The translations under genes were made by a program, and so were the position numbers. A stretch of 59,100 nt of DNA, filler included, from Sphacelaria rigidula (taxonomy: Eukaryota): NCBI GenBank assembly GCA_964200075.2. It is 9 parts of 9 records of this genome, joined end to end, with 100 filler letters (N's around TTAATTAATTAA, not from the genome) between each part and the next. Parts side by side here need not be neighbours in the genome. Positions count along the whole stretch, not along the records: positions 1 to 6,479 come from CAXNAA020019839.1; positions 6,580 to 13,057 come from CAXNAA020019840.1; 7 more parts are not named here. The stretch is one strand, 5' to 3'. This document shows positions 1 through 11,760 of this stretch, one piece after another. Below the pieces are notes generated by a model, which worked only from the letters and a program-made list of their open reading frames with translations, had not been told where the DNA came from and did not search any database. Each line of letters starts with the position of its first letter. Position 1 is the first letter of the stretch.

Positions 1-40
1 CTCCAAGAATACATTTTTCCGGGTTTTTATTTTTGTCTAT

Positions 41-57
41 TATAGGAAGCGGCCTAA
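41..57. mobile_element. Right terminus of a PIF/Harbinger-like non-autonomous element (contig starts inside it)
   Basis: TATAGGAAGCGGCC-TAA at 41-57 is the exact reverse complement of TTA-GGCCGCTTCCTATA at 10635-10651 in another contig. A GGC-starting TIR with a TTA/TAA flank is the PIF/Harbinger signature. Confidence 0.45.
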
Positions 58-1319
58 CCGACGGGACGACATGAGGGAGATTTTTTTTTCATCTGTACCG
101 GCGTCAGTACTTGTATTCAGGCGAAAATCTCGAATGACTTTTGGCTACGTCACATGGACATGGGGATCGCTCTCCCGGTTCTCCCGTCTGGCGGTTGTGT
201 GTTTTGCGTTAAGTGCACGGGTGGTCATGCAACTAGCGTCTCAAAAACACTTATCTTGTCTGTACTCGGCTGCGCGGCAGCCGTGCGTACTGCGGTACGG
301 GTGATATTGATCAACCATTATCATTTTTGTAAATGAGCAGGTAAGAGTGCCGTACTGGAAGCTACAGTTTCACAAGACACTTCACCTGGGAGGAGAACGT
401 GGTCGTGGGTCAGATTCCCGCTCAACTACGAAAAAACTATTCAGAGAGCATTCAGAGTGCTCGATGTCGGCACCTGGTATATACATGTATATATACATGA
501 GGGCTCGTTCCAGGAACGCCAAGAAACGGCACTCAGTTTTCTCCGCCTACCGAAGTATAGGCTATGGAGTAAACATCACCCGAGACACTAACGAATCTAA
601 ACCCGATTTTCTCCACTGTGGACACAGGTCCGCAACGCAACAGTACTGCATTTACCGAATGATCCTGTGATGTTCCAAGGACACATCTTTCGGCGGCGCA
701 ACCGCCACAGTTTACGGTTAACCGAGGTTGAGTTTCCTGGTGCCCCGGGTGAGACACTCCATAACCTATGGTGTCTCTATATTTCTCGCTATTACTTCTG
801 TCTTCATCCTTCTTCCCCCCCCACCATCCCTCGGGACGAGTCCGTCGTCCTCTCGAGGAATCAACCCGTCCCTCCCCAGATATCTACCTTAAAGCGTATT
901 GTCGAGCATTGGGCCAGCACTTTGCCGCCGGTTGATTCTAATAAAATATTTTCATAGTTTACGTTCTGTTCCTTTTCACGATGGGAATCAGCAAACCTCG
1001 GGCCACCGAACCCACAACTCGTACTCCGCCGAAACTGACCGATCGATGATGTGCCACTTTAGCCACCGAGGCCCGGCAGCAATGAGACCATTATTTGCTA
1101 CGTTGACTTCGTATCTACTAGGAGTGCGTACATCGTGCCCAAGGCGAAAGAACCTGTACCATACTGCAGAGAAGCATCATACACATGGTAAAATATGCGA
1201 ACATGCATGCATATTTCTTTCTGAGCATTTTTTTGTTACGACTTGGTCTGCTATGTCGTTCTGTTAGCCTTTCCCCCCCTTGTTCCTTCCCTTCTTCAGA
1301 GCGTCTTTCAGTTTCGTTT

Positions 1320-1405
1320 ATATTGGGTACGTCTATCACGAGACCACGGCTGGACCCCTGGGGGGTCAGTTAAAGTGCGACAGTCGGCCAGTCAATCAAT
1401 CAACC
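1320..1405 (+). mobile_element. LINE-type 3' end with (AATC)n tail
   Basis: GTACGTCTATCACGAGACCACGGCTGGACCCCTGGGGGGTCAGTTAAAGTGCGACAG..TCAATCAATCAA matches the reverse complement of 30655-30732 and shares its tail with 31648-31710. Confidence 0.6.
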
Positions 1406-1553
1406 ATGCATACGTTCTCCCGGTTGGTCAAAATGATACATCATCGGCCAGTTTGGGCAGGCTTGTAGGTTCGGAATGCCGACAATATTATGTATATGTT
1501 GAAAACAAATGACAGGCAGAGCCGCCGGGCCGGGCAAACAAACTTTTTCGTAC

Positions 1554-1694
1554 CTTCATGGCCCACCCGAACATGAGTCCCAACATGCCAGTAGAGACGC
1601 TTATCAGCTGACCAAGGGTAAGGTCTGGCCTCTCTTCATCGCGCGGGCAATCGCCTTCGCTGCTGCCACCCCTGTCGCCGACGCCGCCATAGTC
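1554..1694 (-). CDS. Exon 2 of a sucrose-transporter-like (SUT/SLC45, GPH family, MFS) gene
   Basis: 141-nt phase-0 exon ttgacAG|...ATGAAG|GTacga. It translates DYGGVGDRGGSSEGDCPRDEERPDLTLGQLISVSTGMLGLMFGWAMK. The end resembles TM1 of plant SUT/SLC45 carriers (LxxLxxVxxxxxGxQFGWALQ). No further compatible exon was found in the contig. Confidence 0.7.
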
Positions 1695-1826
1695 CTGTCA
1701 ATATCGATGTTTTCGCAGTCGCAATTGATGAGACATCACTAACTCCGCGCCAGTATGGTATTTGATTGTACACCCCTCCCTCCCCTCATGTAAGATCACG
1801 CTCATATAATACGCAGATATGGATCT

Positions 1827-1876
1827 ATCGGGAGGGATGAAGGGTTTACCCATCGGGAGTGATGAAGGGTTTACCC
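1827..1876. repeat. 25-bp tandem duplication
   Basis: ATCGGGAG(G/T)GATGAAGGGTTTACCC occurs twice in tandem. Confidence 0.85.
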
Positions 1877-2751
1877 GGACCTGTCTCCAATTCCATGGTT
1901 GAGAAGTACTTGGTATCAGGGTTGACCATTACATTCGGGTTTGGGGCGGTCTGACGGTCCCGGAGTGCCTCAGCTCCACGAACAATGTTACTCCTCGTAA
2001 GTGTTTCTTTTCCATGTGCTGGACTTTGGGGGCAACTGGTGCAAGGGTCAGGACGACTTATGAGACCTTCGGTCGCACTAGATTTCTTTTTGAGAGCACT
2101 GTCATCTTGCCCATACTTGCTCTATGGGGCAATAATCTCTGGTACTTCTCCGCTTCGTTGACTGTCAGTTATTTTTCACAAAGCATGACGCGGTTGCGCT
2201 GTTTGGTCAACGGATATTGCCGTGGAAAAAGGATCGCCCCTAGCTCGGATATTTTTGGCACATCAAACACAACGGTCATGGATTTCGGGAGTATTCGGCG
2301 TTGGGGAGAACACCATCCCGATTCCCACTTAGGTGCACTACTATCGACACTGTTTTTTCGGAGATCTCCCAAATTTTCGCGGCTGACAAGGTACTTTATG
2401 ACTTTTGAACGCTTGCGAGCGCCATGGCGTACACAGAGCAGCTCCCCGAAAAAGTGCTGCGTTGCAGCCCGGATTATTCGGACTTCTCCAAAAATGAAGC
2501 CCTTCGGTCTTCGGACAAGTCTGAGCGCCGAGTCCGGAAAGTCGGCAAATTTCTGAGATCTCCCAAAAAGAGTGTCGATCATGATGGACCTTACTGGATT
2601 TTCTTTCCAGACTCGCGCTACAGGATTACCGCTACCGGCTATCTCTAACGCGACTTATAGTGCGAAAAGCCAGACTGGCAATGGAATTATGTTTTCAAGA
2701 CCATATAGGAAGAGCGACCACAGTCTTCAAGGAACCTAAATGGATTATGGC

Positions 2752-3806
2752 TACGAGCTGGGCCGGCCATGAAACCTAGAAACCGTGGGCCCACTGGCCC
2801 GCCATAACTTCGTCATTCTCCCGAATCAGCCCGATTTAAGCATATCGCAGTAAGCTGCAGACTTACCTGGTGACATAAAGCTCCGCTGTTGCTCGATTGA
2901 CACAGTTTTGGCGACGACGTAATGGTACTGCATTGAGTACCGGGCATGTCTCGTATCGTGGCGTGATAGCGTGTTTAGAGACGTTTTTTTTTTCAAAACA
3001 CAGCGGAATCATGGCAGACAATTTCGCCGCACGGGCACGAGACAACCCGATATGCACAGTCAAAAGCGCATGGGTGATGCTGCGAGATAGTATCAAGCTC
3101 GTCAGCAGCCCCATCATGGGAGAGGATCTCCCAAGTGACTGTCATACACAACAAGGGCGGGGCACATGCTACTTGGAACTGCGCTATACCGGCCCCAAAG
3201 ACAAAACCGTCACCAAAGTATCGAGACCCTCTCCATCTCGAGAGGAAGCACAAGTAGAGGCTCAGGAATGCAGGTTGAGCTGGGAACCCGCCCGGGAAAG
3301 GGGTGGTCGCCGACCGAGCAGTAATCACCTTTTTCAACTGAAAGGAGGTTGTCTGGTACGAAAAATGAACTCTACGACGGCAACCACGTGTTACGGGGGG
3401 GGAAATTAATACCGGGTTATGCACAAAAAAAAAGCTTTCATATCATGGAGGGGGAGAAAAAAAATCTGCCAGCTCATTTCTGAAAAAACGTCGTGTCGGG
3501 ATTGGAACTCATGACCTGTGCAATTAGAGGCTTGTTCATCAGTTGGACCACGGGGTGCAGCCGTGTTACACAGAGGGTTCCCAGGCGCAGCCCAATTTCG
3601 TGATTTTTTGCCCGAAACTTTACCAGGGTCTTCTGTGCGCAAGTAAAACCAAAGTCTTGCGGAACATCGCTTTTTCTTGTTCGTGAGTTAAGTCATCAGG
3701 CTACTTTCCGTATCTTTCGAAGAGGAAAAGTTGTAGGAAGTGCATTTTTGGCCCTTCTCCGTCGTTTTCCCCCGGAAAAGAAGAATGTCGGCCGGCCCAG
3801 CTCGTA
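2752..3806. mobile_element. Segment bounded by perfect 17-bp inverted repeats, mariner-like (TA-CGAGCTGG)
   Basis: TACGAGCTGGGCCGGCC at 2752-2768 and GGCCGGCCCAGCTCGTA at 3790-3806. Related termini occur at about 6846-6860, 19797-19809 and 50332-50341. Confidence 0.45.
2867..2947 (-). CDS. Putative first coding exon of the SUT/SLC45-like gene
   Basis: ATG at 2947, 27 codons MPGTQCSTITSSPKLCQSSNSGALCHQ, then a consensus phase-0 donor CAG|GTAAGT that joins the 1694 exon in frame. Confidence 0.55.
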
Positions 3807-5994
3807 CTGATCTTCTGTCAGAAAAGAGACCAAGCTTGGATACGAGACATAAAAGTTGTTGGGGGACGTCAACTCCTTCCCGTTCACAGCTGAGAGGGCA
3901 AAACCCGCGTACGTACCCATCGAGAGAAGCAGATACAAGGAGAAATACACACTCCGGGAAACAATTCAATGCGCACCGTTGCAGTGTTTGCTTGTTGAAG
4001 CCATGGCTCGCGTTCTTCCGCGCCCTCCCTCATGTAAGTGTTGAAGGTCTTCTTGACTTTCCGGTCTCTTTTGACTTTCCGTACCAAACTTCAAACTTTC
4101 AAATAGGCGCCCTCCTGTCCCGCTTCCCCGTGACAGCACACTTCTTTACTGTCACGTGATCCTGTTTGCTCAGTGATGTGGAATAGACTGTGAAATAGAC
4201 CGCAGCGCAATGCACGTGCCACAGCTCCAGCTGGTGCCCCTGTGCTGAAAATGGAAAGGTTGCGGAAAGTTTTGGCTTTTTTGCGGCCCGGGAGGGTTGC
4301 GGATAAATTCTGCTCGCGCTTTGGGCTGCTGCGTTCCCTCGCTTTTCTCGCTTGCGACTGCCTTAATTCCTTAATTTCGGCCCCATTTCCACCACAACGA
4401 TGTAAACAGAGCAGTGCCGTGTATTACGCGAACACGAGTACTGCATAACAGTACCTGGTCTCGAGCATGAGCTGCTTCTGTCCCTGATTATTTTTTGTGT
4501 TTTTCATTTCCACATCAAGTATTTTATTGGCTTGTATACTACGGTACATCTCAGGCTACCGAGCGCCCGCAGATGGACTAGGGTGTGTAACCCAATCAGC
4601 CATTGAGTACGTGCAGGGTTCCTTGAATAAATAATCATTTCAAAGTACTCCAGAAGTCGAAACAAATTGTTTCATGATTCAAGATTGCCATGAGTGGTAA
4701 ATCTATGTTTTTTCGTCCATCAAGTGATCGCGGGTCTGCAAAACTGGCAACTGTGAAGGGCAGGACAGGAGATCGAGCCGACCAGCATATAGAGTGGAGA
4801 TACCTGCCAACATAATGGGCCAACAAATGCGATCTAAGCACCATCACTATCACCTTCACCACAAGAATCATGAATTTGCCTGTGCAGCTGCCTGCGGCTT
4901 GATAGCTATGATAGCTACAGCCGGGGCGGCTACAGCGCCGGGGCCCGGCGGGGTCAACGCCGCACCTCAACATCCCCGTGATGCATGTCCTCTAGCGTTT
5001 GCTGCAAGCTCGCCTATCGTGCTCGGGCTGACACGAACGCGGGCTGGGCATGCATCGCGATTAAAGGTGTGTCTGCATGTCTGTTGGCGGATGCCGATAT
5101 TTGCTATATTGTACGGCTGTATTTGAGTGCATATCTCATCGTTCATGATTGCAATTAGTGCACCGTGCTCTTTCAAGTATGTTTCGCAATACAGTCAGAC
5201 AGCAAGAACTACTACCCTTGCAGAACCGAACGTTGATGTACTCTTGAAGAACATGGCCTGGACAGCGCCTTGTGCTTCAAGCCGTTGCTATCGATACATC
5301 GGGGGCATGCTCGCGCATCTTTCAGGTTCGTATCAGCAGCTGATATCCAGTACGTCCGCACACTTGCTGTTGTGTTCCGTGCAGTCCCACCCACCGCTAG
5401 CCAAGTGCAAACCAGAGTTTAGTCATTTTGGTCATGAAGTAATTGGGATCGTCACACCAAGGCCCTCTACGGTACTCGTACTTGCAAGGTGTGCGAGTGC
5501 TGGTATCAAATATCCCGTTTATACTAAAATCAACATCAAGGCAATTCAAACGCGCATGGAAATCTTGAAAGACTGAAATAAGCGTGTTCAGCGTGCAGTA
5601 GATTGCGTAGCCACCCGGATATTCTAGAAATGGCCTCGTTAATTAACCCCAACGGATTCATATCGTGATATAAGTCAGGACATTTTTTCATGGGTGGCTT
5701 TATACGGGCCGGTTGAAAGTTGCTGTCTCACTCTCGACGACCAAGTACTGTATGATGCATCAAATATGGTACATGAAGACTCCATAGATTGAATCCCGTG
5801 CTGCCACTGGCTTTGCTCGTGAAACATTGACCTCAGCACATTGGTCGATTGATCGATGGGCGCGTTGACCGATCCGCTACGAGTCCAGCTGTCGTCACAA
5901 TTGTAGATGTGTGAAGGGTAGTTGGAAGAAGAAACGCTCCCACATGCCAGTTTTTTCATTATCAGCGGTCCAAGGGGATGGGGGCGGGGCGGGC

Positions 5995-6050
5995 GGGGGG
6001 GGTACTCACTTGTTGCTTGCCTTGGTCGTTTGAACATTGACCACGCATCA
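5995..6050 (+). repeat. G-run/GTACTCAT repeat module, short copy
   Basis: GGGGGTACTCACTTGTTGCTTGCCTTGGTCGTTTGAACATTGACCACGCATC matches copies at 11452, 14980 (minus), 31137 and 54976. Confidence 0.8.
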
Positions 6051-6479
6051 GGGGGGGGGGAGGGGGGGGGGGGATTCCAAATCCTATACGAAGTAGTTCG
6101 GCACTGATTCCTATATGAAACAAGCTACTTGATCTTGAAATAGGGCAAGCAAGTTAATTAAACTGAGTACAGTATGATGTGAACCATGTCTCTTGCTCTT
6201 AGACTAGCTGAGGAAAGATATTTTAACTGAGTATAGGTTCGCCAAGTCACTTGATGTTAGAGTATCTGAACCAGGTCACTTGATCTTACTGTTGATACGT
6301 GATCGGTGAGCCAAGTTACAAGTTATTTGAACTGAGTAAAGCGGCAAGACATTATGTCAACTCTTGATTGATCAATTGACTCTCCTGGTCGAAGGATATA
6401 TGTCCCTAAAGTAAATAAAAGGGCAAACGTCACAGTAGGGTATACCATGGTGCATTAGCGACAAACATGGGTACCCTCT

Positions 6480-6579
6480 NNNNNNNNNNNNNNNNNNNNN
6501 NNNNNNNNNNNNNNNNNNNNNNNTTAATTAATTAANNNNNNNNNNNNNNNNNNNNNNNNNNNNNNNNNNNNNNNNNNNN
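6480..6579. other. Artificial contig spacer 1
   Basis: N44-TTAATTAATTAA-N44, a linker with stops in all six frames. Confidence 0.99.
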
Positions 6580-6589
6580 CAAAGAAGAA

Positions 6590-6705
6590 GCTCCTGTGTT
6601 GACCTTCCTCTTGTGTGACCCCGGCTGATGCGCCCACATATATACCGAAAGGTGTAGACAGGTGCCCAGAATAAATGGGACGACAACACACACACAACAC
6701 ACACA
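6590..6705. repeat. Dispersed repeat (SINE-like fragment)
   Basis: CTCCTGTGTTGACCTTCCTC(T/C)TGTGTGACCCCGGCTG...GGTGCCCAGAATAAATGGGACGACAACACACA is nearly identical to 27531-27640. Confidence 0.8.
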
Positions 6706-6989
6706 TCATTTTTATTTTCTCTTTTTTCTTTGCTGGTCACGTGATCTTCCGAATTTCGATCATTGAAAGCTTCTGTCAAAATTTCAGCATCCAACTCCAA
6801 ATATCGCGCCGTGCGTCGCCTGAGCGAGAAAAGCACCCATTGTTGGCTGGCCCAGCTCGTTGTGAGAGATGAGAGAGTCCAACATCATGTTTCTGTACTA
6901 CAGTACTGTACTCTGCGCTAGTTGTGCTGATTCCGATTGGAAGAATGACCCAGGCCACCGGGGCCGGGGTGGTCATGCAGCACTGACCA

Positions 6990-7207
6990 GCCGCACGTGT
7001 TTTTGCCATTATCCCAGGGTACACATTCATTTTTTCGGCAAAATAATCAAGGAAAAGCAGCGGCGGCGCTTTCTTGTGAGGCAGCGGCATTTTTTTTTCA
7101 TGAATTATTGTGGCATTTTTCTGGCTATTCGCCGTGATTTGTTCGAGCATTTCGTCGTGAAGGGCAACATAAACCAGCGGCGAAATGGCCCTTGCTGTGG
7201 TACACAC
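6990..7207 (-). pseudogene. Possible piggyBac-type transposase relic exon
   Basis: After an acceptor-like gtcgcAG the frame reads ..SPLVYVALHDEMLEQITANSQKNA..YFAEKMNVYPGIMAK. This loosely follows the piggyBac N-terminal pattern (P..FF.LF..D.L...IV..TN.YA...T..E...F.GI). The match is weak and made by eye. Confidence 0.25.
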
Positions 7208-9029
7208 CTGCGACACAGCCCAGATCTGAGGCATGAGCTCACATCACTTTTTGATGTTACTGTCCCAGAATAGACGATGACCAGCTCGAGCCCGTATCTA
7301 TTGATCAACTGCGTACAGCGTTTTCACCTCGGGAACATCAGTTCATGATTAAACAAGACACTAGTGATTTCTGTCAGACGGGGGCCGGGTAACAGTCCCC
7401 CAAACGGTCAACGGCTCCATCTTGAGCAGCGTTGTGTTGCACATGCACGGTCGGCCCTCTTGCGGTACCGAACGGATTTCCGTGAAGGAATAGCACTGTG
7501 AGTTGATGAGCAAGAGCTAACGCCCGGCGTCATGCACTTGTGCTGTGGGTGTCTGTGCCTGCTTGCCCAAGCTGGGTGTTGTGTAGCGCAAGGTGTTTTA
7601 GTCACACCTGTTAAGATTTTTCTAGACCTGTTTTCGACTGCGTCCGTTCTCCCCAGGCAGCCACCTTTGTAAATCCTCGTCAGGATTTCAGATTGTCGTC
7701 GTGGGCGGGCAAGCAGGCTTGCTCTCTTTTTTTTTCCGCCTCTTTTTATTGCCTAGTTAGGTGGTGTGTAAACCCCTTAGACATCGCCCCTGCCCCCCTG
7801 CAGGTGGACTGACCGGTTTCACAGGCTGACAGTCACACTGTTAGCTTGCTCGAGGGGGTCACCATGATGACAAAATATGTTCCTATCGGGTCAGTTTTGC
7901 GTCCTGTTTCTAGTGGGGGATGAACTTCGGACGTTCACCCTGAACCAGCCAGCACGACCATGTGCTGACCGAAGGTACGGAGGGGAACTTGACTCCTATC
8001 TTGCAGACCACTCTCGCCGTCGAAGGGTTAAGGGCCCCTTTCAACGAGACAAGAAAACTGGGAACACACCGTGAGCGTGGGAGCAATTCTGGCGGTTTCG
8101 TGTGTGGGAGGGGGTTCTTGTCCTTCCGATTGGTTGAGAGCTGATGCCACGTTCTCATCGCCCCCAGAAATCACTTTCGCGAAAATGAATCATCCTGGAA
8201 TCGAAAACGGTGAGAGCGGAGAAACAATCCGACGAGGATGCAAAAGGGGCGTGAAATGGTTGCCACGATTGGGCTGTTCGGCTCTTCATGGGGGTGCACA
8301 GCCGGCTTTCCTCTCACCAGCGGTAGCCACGCTGGCTTTTGTTCTCATCACCAGCATTGCATTACATTTTCAGTATCACGACTTCCCCCCCCTAGATTGA
8401 AACGGCGCGTGATTTCTCGTGATGATGAAGTTGTGAGCCGTCATTTCGCCATCACTCTCACCCATGTTACTCTCACTTTTCTTGTTTCGTTAACCCTTCT
8501 ACAGCGAGCGTTGCCTCGGAACAGTTTCACAGGCTGACAGTCCAGGGACATCCGGGTGTTTCCATGGGGCGGGGGTCGTGACGGTGGTGTGGGGTCCTGT
8601 TCGCAGAACAGCCGAACAGCTCACCAAGTCAACCATGTGTGTCTGGAAGTTTCCCGTGAAAAAGTGTAAGCGAGGAACGAGGCCGGAGAGGGACGGAGTG
8701 ACCATTCTGACCAATCACGGCTATCAAAATGATCGCTTTGCTCCACTTCAGGTGGACTACTTCGCTATCCAGCCGTATTTCTCATTCTGGTCGTGACAAT
8801 TCAACCATAGATTACGTGGGCACGAGTAACGTGCTTTCTACTCTGCTCGTGGTCCGTGCCGCATGCCTGTCCCCTCATGTGCTGCCAGCAAAGCTTCACA
8901 CTTGTCTGCAGTGGGCTCGGTTCAGTGGAGAGCGATGACACGCTTACTGTTTCTTGCCGTTGTATCCGGTAGAGACATACAGCACACATACTGACTCAGG
9001 ACGCGATCACTGCTAGTAGTGAAAATGCT

Positions 9030-9468
9030 TCTCGGCCAATCAGGGAGCTTCGAACTGTTCTGAAATGAAAATGCGAATTTCCGATACTATTCCTACCCAA
9101 TCCCATCACGAATCAAACCTCAGTAACTGCCGTTCCGTTTAGGGAATCTAACGCGAAAACATACTGGAAAAAGGTTTGTGTGAGATCGAGTTATACCCCA
9201 AACCGTGGTATTTTGATGATGTGGAGTTTTACTGTCGTCGGATTTACAGTGAAGATATAATTCAAAGACCGGGAAAACCTCGTGACGGTTTCCCTTATAT
9301 CTGTCGTGGAGAAATCTCCGATCGTCCTCAAACCTGGTACTTTGGTAGATGTGGGTGCTCCAATGAAAGAAAAATCGTTGAAGAATATATCAAAATCTAT
9401 CTGCTCTCCACCGGCTTCAGGGGGTCCCGGAATGAAGACCCCCGAGGCCAGTACAGAAAACCTCACAA

Positions 9469-9499
<31 letters not shown>

Positions 9500-9950
9500 T
9501 CTTTTCCCCCGCCCAGAGGTAGCCCAAGGAGTCTTGGTACAAGAGTTTCGTTACATAACTTGAAAAACATTATCCCAAACGATCGATGCAAGCTGCAATG
9601 TACGAGGAAAGAATACTATAGTTTAGAAAATATAGGGCTCCGCTTACTTTTGTACACTTGAGTGCACGCGGGCACGTTTTCTCACGCGGTTTTTTCGAGA
9701 TAGACCCTGAACTTTTTCACACGTGTGCTATGGGATAATGCGTTTTTTTTTATGGATGTATTTTTTTCTCTCTCCAGAAATCCGGGGTCCCGAAGGTCCC
9801 GGGACTGATACCGCCTCCTGGGACCCCAGATTTCCGGCGAAAAAACAAACAATAACCCTTTCGTACAAAAATTTCCGCAACGTCCCATAGCACACGTGTG
9901 AAACGTTCAGGGTCTAACTCGAAAACCCAGCGTGAGACATCGCTGGGGAG
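9030..9950 (+). mobile_element. Diverged copy of the 49215-50339 non-autonomous DNA-transposon family
   Basis: 9030-9465 aligns by eye with 49388-49830. It also carries an internal inverted pair (9675-9735 vs 9882-9945) equivalent to 50010-50080 vs 50231-50300, and an (AT)n run at about 9470-9500. Confidence 0.65.
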
Positions 9951-10634
9951 CAAATTTTGGGTGTTCAGGGTGTGTCTCGGCACGTTTTGTTCCGATCGAA
10001 AAAACAGGCACGGTGGAATTGACGTGAGCGAATTCGTTCATTTTTCGCAACTTGGGTCCAAAAGAATTCACAAGCTTTCGATCGAAAAATACCGAAACAA
10101 TTGTGAAGCAGTACTTGCTCGCTTGTCTATAGTACATACAGACAGTACCGTGCTTTCTGTCTGTATTGCCTATTTGGAGTGTTCCTGAGTGTGTGCGTGT
10201 GTTTCCGTCCAGTAGGATGTGAGGGAGAAGCGGGCAACGTGCGGTACAGACAGCACAGGACTATCTACATTCTCTGCTTGCGATGCGACGTGAAAAGGAC
10301 TTGTACAAGGTGCAGTTTTGTACTGCCTGCACTGTCCGTGAGCGTGTACGCAAATCGGTCACCAACCGTACGACGTACTTCCGTCGCCGACCGCTACCCC
10401 CAAAGGAGATGCTCGAGTTTTTGCCCACAATGAATAAACACATCACGTCCAACTGCTGCAGTGTATCTATCCCTGTGCTCTCTGCTGCAGGGTTGCATTG
10501 GTAGCTGAGAATGAGTTGTGTGGGGTTTGCATGGTGCTGTGAACGGGTGGTATCTGGCGTGGTGACCTGCAAGATAACAATCAAGTCCCCCTTCGTGCCT
10601 TTTCGCCGCATGTTTTCGATAAAAGAAGCTTAGC

Positions 10635-10651
10635 TTAGGCCGCTTCCTATA
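10635..10651. mobile_element. Left terminus of a PIF/Harbinger-like element
   Basis: TTA-GGCCGCTTCCTATA is the reverse complement of 41-57. No matching right end was seen in this contig. Confidence 0.45.
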
Positions 10652-11451
10652 GTCTGAAAAAAGTCACTGAAATAAGTTATTTTGGTCAGTTTCCAGAGAA
10701 ATATTTTAAAACGCGACCTTAATTTAGGGCTATTTTAAATGAAAAAACTGTCTGGAAAAAAATATTCAGTTTTCAGCGGGATCAAACTGTTAGAAAAGGC
10801 ATGCTTCATCACACGCTCCTCGCGTACAAGCGCAATACGGTCAGGGCAACAGTCGCTATGCATGTTGTATGTACACTAGTGGACCCGATTTTATGCTGAT
10901 TATCATTTGACAGATGAAGTTTATGCCGTTTTTTTTCAGGGTACATGAAAGATATTCTTTTTATGCCGCTTTCTCCTTGGGCTTCGGTACACAGCATATA
11001 ATCTGGTTTCATGCCGGTTCGGCATAAAACCTGGCGCCCAACTTTGTGCAGACTGGGCATAAAAGCGAACAATTTAGCGAGTACGGCAAGGCTACAGTCA
11101 GTAACACAGCAGCAAACGTGAGCTTGAAAGCCATGCCGTGTGCGGCTGGGCAACGGTGCAAGTTGCCGAGCCAGACGTCAAACCCCCCTACCTACACATT
11201 ACACCGGCGCAACACTGGTGCACCCACCAGCCTCGAACCTGGTGCACCCATCAGCCTCGAATCACGTGGAAAAAAACTATGAATTGGTGAACAACGTTAC
11301 ATCAAGTCATATGGGTTGGGGGCCATAAAATATACACAGCATGCGTATATTCATTGGATATAGTGGGCACGAAGGGCATTGCTGTTGTGCCTGCTCGTGG
11401 CTATTTTTTTATCACCGTGTAAGGTAGCGTATGTTGTGTTTGGTAGGGAGG

Positions 11452-11657
11452 AGGGGCATACTCATTTCATTTGTTGCCTGCCTTAGTCGTCTGAACATCG
11501 AACACGCATCCCTTTCGAGACGGAGCACCCTTCCTACTCCTAATAGAGACACCTCCAACATCTCAGGGCACATTACGTTTTCATTCCATACGTTACACAA
11601 AACATTTTTATATATCTCATCCCCGTCCTGTTTCACCGTCTGTGACCACCATCTATC
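11452..11657 (+). repeat. G-run/GTACTCAT repeat, long form
   Basis: About 200 bp colinear with 31137-31365 (..CGCATCCCTTTC.AGACGGAGCACC.TTCCTACTCCTAATAGA.ACACC...ACCACCATCTATC). Confidence 0.8.
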
Positions 11658-11760
11658 AGTATGTATCCTAGCATGTGCAATGCTCATGATATTCTGTGAA
11701 GTTTGAAGCTCCAGATCATATCTACGGAGGATAAGATTTTGAGTTTTAAAACCCTTGGAA

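Noticed and set aside
380..1155. Minus-strand exon candidates (about 382-470 and 1040-1153) as exon 3 of the transporter
   Set aside because: Both contain a stop in the required phase-0 frame and lack the expected TP-containing SUT motif.
6524..6535. Periodic TTAATTAATTAA palindrome every 6.58 kb, and ORFs running through Ns
   Set aside because: It is a synthetic linker inside N padding. The periodicity comes from size-sorting of contigs.
9176..9661. 161-aa ORF as a transposon protein
   Set aside because: It lies in a repeat whose other copies do not keep the frame, and it runs through an (AT)n microsatellite.
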